The notes under the pieces were generated by a model. It was not told where the DNA came from and did not search any database. It worked only from the letters and a program-made list of their open reading frames with translations. Both the position numbers and the translations under genes were made by a program. DNA of 64,000 nucleotides from an uncultured Chloroflexia bacterium (GTDB taxonomy: Bacteria > Chloroflexota > Chloroflexia > Thermomicrobiales > UBA6265): positions 64,001 through 128,000 of the forward strand of contig CAVRUC010000011.1 in NCBI GenBank assembly GCA_963724295.1. The letters are read 5' to 3'. Shown here in pieces: positions 61,232 to 64,000 of the stretch. Each line of letters starts with the position of its first letter. Within the stretch, counting starts at the first letter, position 1.

Positions 61232-63370
61232 TCAAATTCGCTCACCGATAACGGAGGCGTAGTCGCCAATGTCGCTCTCGGAGAGCACGCGGCCGATCTT
61301 TTGGTGCTCGCGCCAGGTTGCGCGGATGAGGTGCGGCATGCCGATCCGGCCGCCGTTCGCGGATGCGAGATAGGCGGCAGAGAGGACGATGTTCTTGATG
61401 TTGCCGCCGGAGAGCCGGAACTGATTGGCCAGGAACGCGTAGTCGATCGCCTCGTCCACCGGCGCCTCGGTCGGCATGAATTGGCGCCACATCCGCTCGC
61501 GGTTCGTCTCGTCCGGCATCGGAAACTCGACGATGAAGTGGAGCCGACGCAGAAAGGCGTCATCGAGGTTTTCGCGCAGATTTGTCGCCAGGATGGCGAT
61601 GCCGTCGTACTGCTCCATCTTTTGCAGCAGGTAGGCGATCTCGATGTTGGCGTAACGGTCGTGGGCGTCCCGGACCTCCGAGCGCTTGCCGAAGATGGCA
61701 TCCGCCTCATCGAAGAAGAGGACCGCGTTCGCGCTTTCCGCCGCGTCGAAAATACGCTCGAGGTTCTTCTCGGTCTCGCCGATGTACTTGCTGACTACCG
61801 TCGCGAGATCGATCTTGTAGAGATCGAGCCCCAGTTCTCGAGCCACCACATCCGCCGCCATCGTCTTACCGGTACCGGAGGGGCCGGCGAAGAGGGCACA
61901 GATGCCGCGGCCGAGGGCGAGCACGCGGTTGAATCCCCACTCCCCGAGCACGCGCTGCCGCTGCGCGACACGGTCATGCAGCTCCCCGAGCTGACTGAGC
62001 GCATCCTCTGGCAGGATCAGGTCATCCCAGCCAAAGATTGGGTCGATCTTGCGCGCCAGCGAGGCAAGATCCTGACCTGATTGGGCGCGGGCGGCGGCGA
62101 AGAGATCTGCCGCCTGGGGCTCGCTGCCGGTCCAGACCGCCCCATTCCAGGCGGACAGCACCGCTTCCGCGATCCGGGACGCGGTCAAACGATAGTGTCC
62201 GGCTAACGTTTCAACCGTACGCTCCTCGACGGCGAGTCCGGCGGCCGCCAGGGCGTCCTGCCAGCACGCCCGGCGGGTGGCGACGGCGGGAACGGGGAAG
62301 GGAATGGTGACGATACCTGCCGGGTCGTCGTACCCGGTGACAGCCGCGGACCACGGAGGCCGCCCGGCCAGCATCGTCAGCACCCGGCTGCCCGCGACCT
62401 CCGCCAGCAGGGTATTTTGGGCCCCGGGGACGTGCTCGCCGCGCAGGGTGTCCACTCCGGGGAGGAAGATTGCGGTCTTGCGGAACCATGCCTCGCGGAA
62501 GGAAACGCGCAGGAGCTCATCGAGCGGCGTCTCCGCCCGCGCCGCGCGCTCCAGGTCAACGATCAGGAGTGGGACGCCTGCTTCATGAGCGAGAGCTTCA
62601 GCGGCGCCTTGCTGACCAGCATCGGGTGGGCCCTGGAAGTAGAGCAGGGCAGGCTTTTCCGGTGGCGGTTGCCGCAGCGCACTGAGCGGCAGTGCCCGCC
62701 ACGTTACCGGGTCGAGGGCGAGCGAGCCGAGCGCCCGACCACCGGCTACGAGCCGTGCGCAGGAGGCGAGTCGCGGGTCGAGGGTCGACTCGCCAAGGAT
62801 CAAGCGCACCACCTGTTCGTCTGGCCGCATGGCTCGCGCCAGCAGCGGCTGATGAGGTTGATTCGGGTCGGCGACCAGGTGCAGCAGCCCATGGTGGAGA
62901 AGCGGGGCATCAGAGGCTACCCGCGTGCGCGCGTCAATACGAGCCGCGGCAGATGGGCAAAGCAGATTAAGCGAGAGATCGACGGTAGGTCGTCGCCGCG
63001 TAGCGTCGTCCTGAAGATAGGCATACAGCCGCTCGTAGCGCAGATCGAGTTCCGGCGCGATGGCGATGAGGAGCAGATCGAGGTCGAATGGCGTCAGGCC
63101 GAAGGCATGGCCGAGCCAGGCGAAGGCGCCCCCGTGCGAGCTCGGAGCTTCGTCGTCAGCTGGTTCAGGGGAGAATAGGAGAGGCTCCCCCGGGGCGCGT
63201 TGCAAAAGGCGCTCGACCTCGTCGCGGTCGATCACGAGGCCGCGATAGGGGTCGCTGGCCGCCTCAGGACCGTAGACTGCTGCCGCGGAGGCGACGGCGC
63301 GTGCCAGCAGAGCATCCAGCCGACGCAATGCGGGGAGGAGTCCAGCCGCTGCCGCTGTTGCGCCTTCCAT
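61232..63370 (-). CDS. eCIS AAA+ ATPase (Afp15/Pvc15-like)
   Basis: YERLYAYLQDD..RRRP, GPSGTGKT, VVSKYIGETEKNL, LFFDEAD, DAHDRYAN and DDAFLRR. Confidence 0.92.
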   Translation of the reverse strand: MEGATAAAAGLLPALRRLDALLARAVASAAAVYGPEAASDPYRGLVIDRDEVERLLQRAPGEPLLFSPEPADDEAPSSHGGAFAWLGHAFGLTPFDLDLLLIAIAPELDLRYERLYAYLQDDATRRRPTVDLSLNLLCPSAAARIDARTRVASDAPLLHHGLLHLVADPNQPHQPLLARAMRPDEQVVRLILGESTLDPRLASCARLVAGGRALGSLALDPVTWRALPLSALRQPPPEKPALLYFQGPPDAGQQGAAEALAHEAGVPLLIVDLERAARAETPLDELLRVSFREAWFRKTAIFLPGVDTLRGEHVPGAQNTLLAEVAGSRVLTMLAGRPPWSAAVTGYDDPAGIVTIPFPVPAVATRRACWQDALAAAGLAVEERTVETLAGHYRLTASRIAEAVLSAWNGAVWTGSEPQAADLFAAARAQSGQDLASLARKIDPIFGWDDLILPEDALSQLGELHDRVAQRQRVLGEWGFNRVLALGRGICALFAGPSGTGKTMAADVVARELGLDLYKIDLATVVSKYIGETEKNLERIFDAAESANAVLFFDEADAIFGKRSEVRDAHDRYANIEIAYLLQKMEQYDGIAILATNLRENLDDAFLRRLHFIVEFPMPDETNRERMWRQFMPTEAPVDEAIDYAFLANQFRLSGGNIKNIVLSAAYLASANGGRIGMPHLIRATWREHQKIGRVLSESDIGDYASVIGERI

Positions 63371-64000
63371 TAACCTAACTGCTCGCGTTCATTGGCATGA
63401 GCCATAGCCGTTCCCAGCCGCGTGGCGACGCCACTCTATTGGCGAGCCAAGCGGCGATGCCGGCAGATCTGTCCACGTTGCTGTCCACGAGGAGCGCTCT
63501 CCGAGCTGACTTCGACTGACTCGACTCCGCCACCCCAGCAACTAGTCGGGCGGCGCGGCATCTGCGAGCCAAAGACGGACAACGAACACCTGCGAACACC
63601 CGAATTGCTTCGTCGGCTGCCGCCATGCGGAGGCCGCCTTCCCTCACCCTCGGACCTTGGTGCTTGGAGGCCGATGTCGACGTTCGACCTCAGTCCATCG
63701 CGCCCAACCTACCGGCGTTGAATCTCGGTAGCGTCTTTGCCGTGTCTAGTTGACCGACTTCGTTAGGGACGAGGGTCGCAGGCACTCGGCGACGAGCCGA
63801 TCGGGGATCGACCTGACAGATGGTTCCCGGGAGTCAGCTGGCTGAACGACGCCGCGGCTCGTTCGCCGGCCGATGGCGTACCGAGCACGTGGGCGTAGGG
63901 CGCTAGCGAGGCGACGGTTGCCAGCAGAACCGTCTGCTAGAGTGCGCTCGGCAGGGACTCAAGGGCCTGGTGACGCAATGGGAGGCGACGATGGAGCGGT

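Noticed and set aside
63375..63721. Short ORFs upstream of the ATPase
   Set aside because: No recognisable features; more likely promoter/leader region

Overview
GC-rich bacterial DNA, probably a soil Chloroflexota (Thermomicrobiales-like) genome. That assignment is inferred from the gene families present, not from a marker gene. The sequence carries many apparent 1-2 nt indels, most densely at about 52-59 kb, so several genes are split across frames and were reassembled by eye. The left half (1-31 kb) is accessory metabolism and regulation: sarcosine oxidase-like and homocysteine methyltransferase genes, three paralogous XRE-HTH/STAND-ATPase/TPR regulators each divergent from a putative target gene, several flavoenzymes, an amidase, CorA, an APH-like kinase and YdbS/YdbT-like membrane proteins. 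The right half (32.7-63.4 kb, minus strand) is one contractile injection system (eCIS/Afp-PVC-like) locus: AAA+ ATPase, Pvc16/DUF4255, sheath, tube, tail-assembly chaperone with a candidate -1 frameshift extension, LysM tube initiator, split spike (gpD + gpV), PAAR, gp25, two baseplate-J proteins, an NHL/tail-I fusion and four fibre-like paralogs. It ends in three DUF4157 cargo proteins carrying a CE4 deacetylase, a large toxin-like protein with an unrecognised C-terminus (followed by an Imm49-like gene), and a Tlde1/DUF2778-like domain. A SARP/BTAD activator lies convergent at the locus end. All family calls come from motif recognition by eye; no database searches were run.
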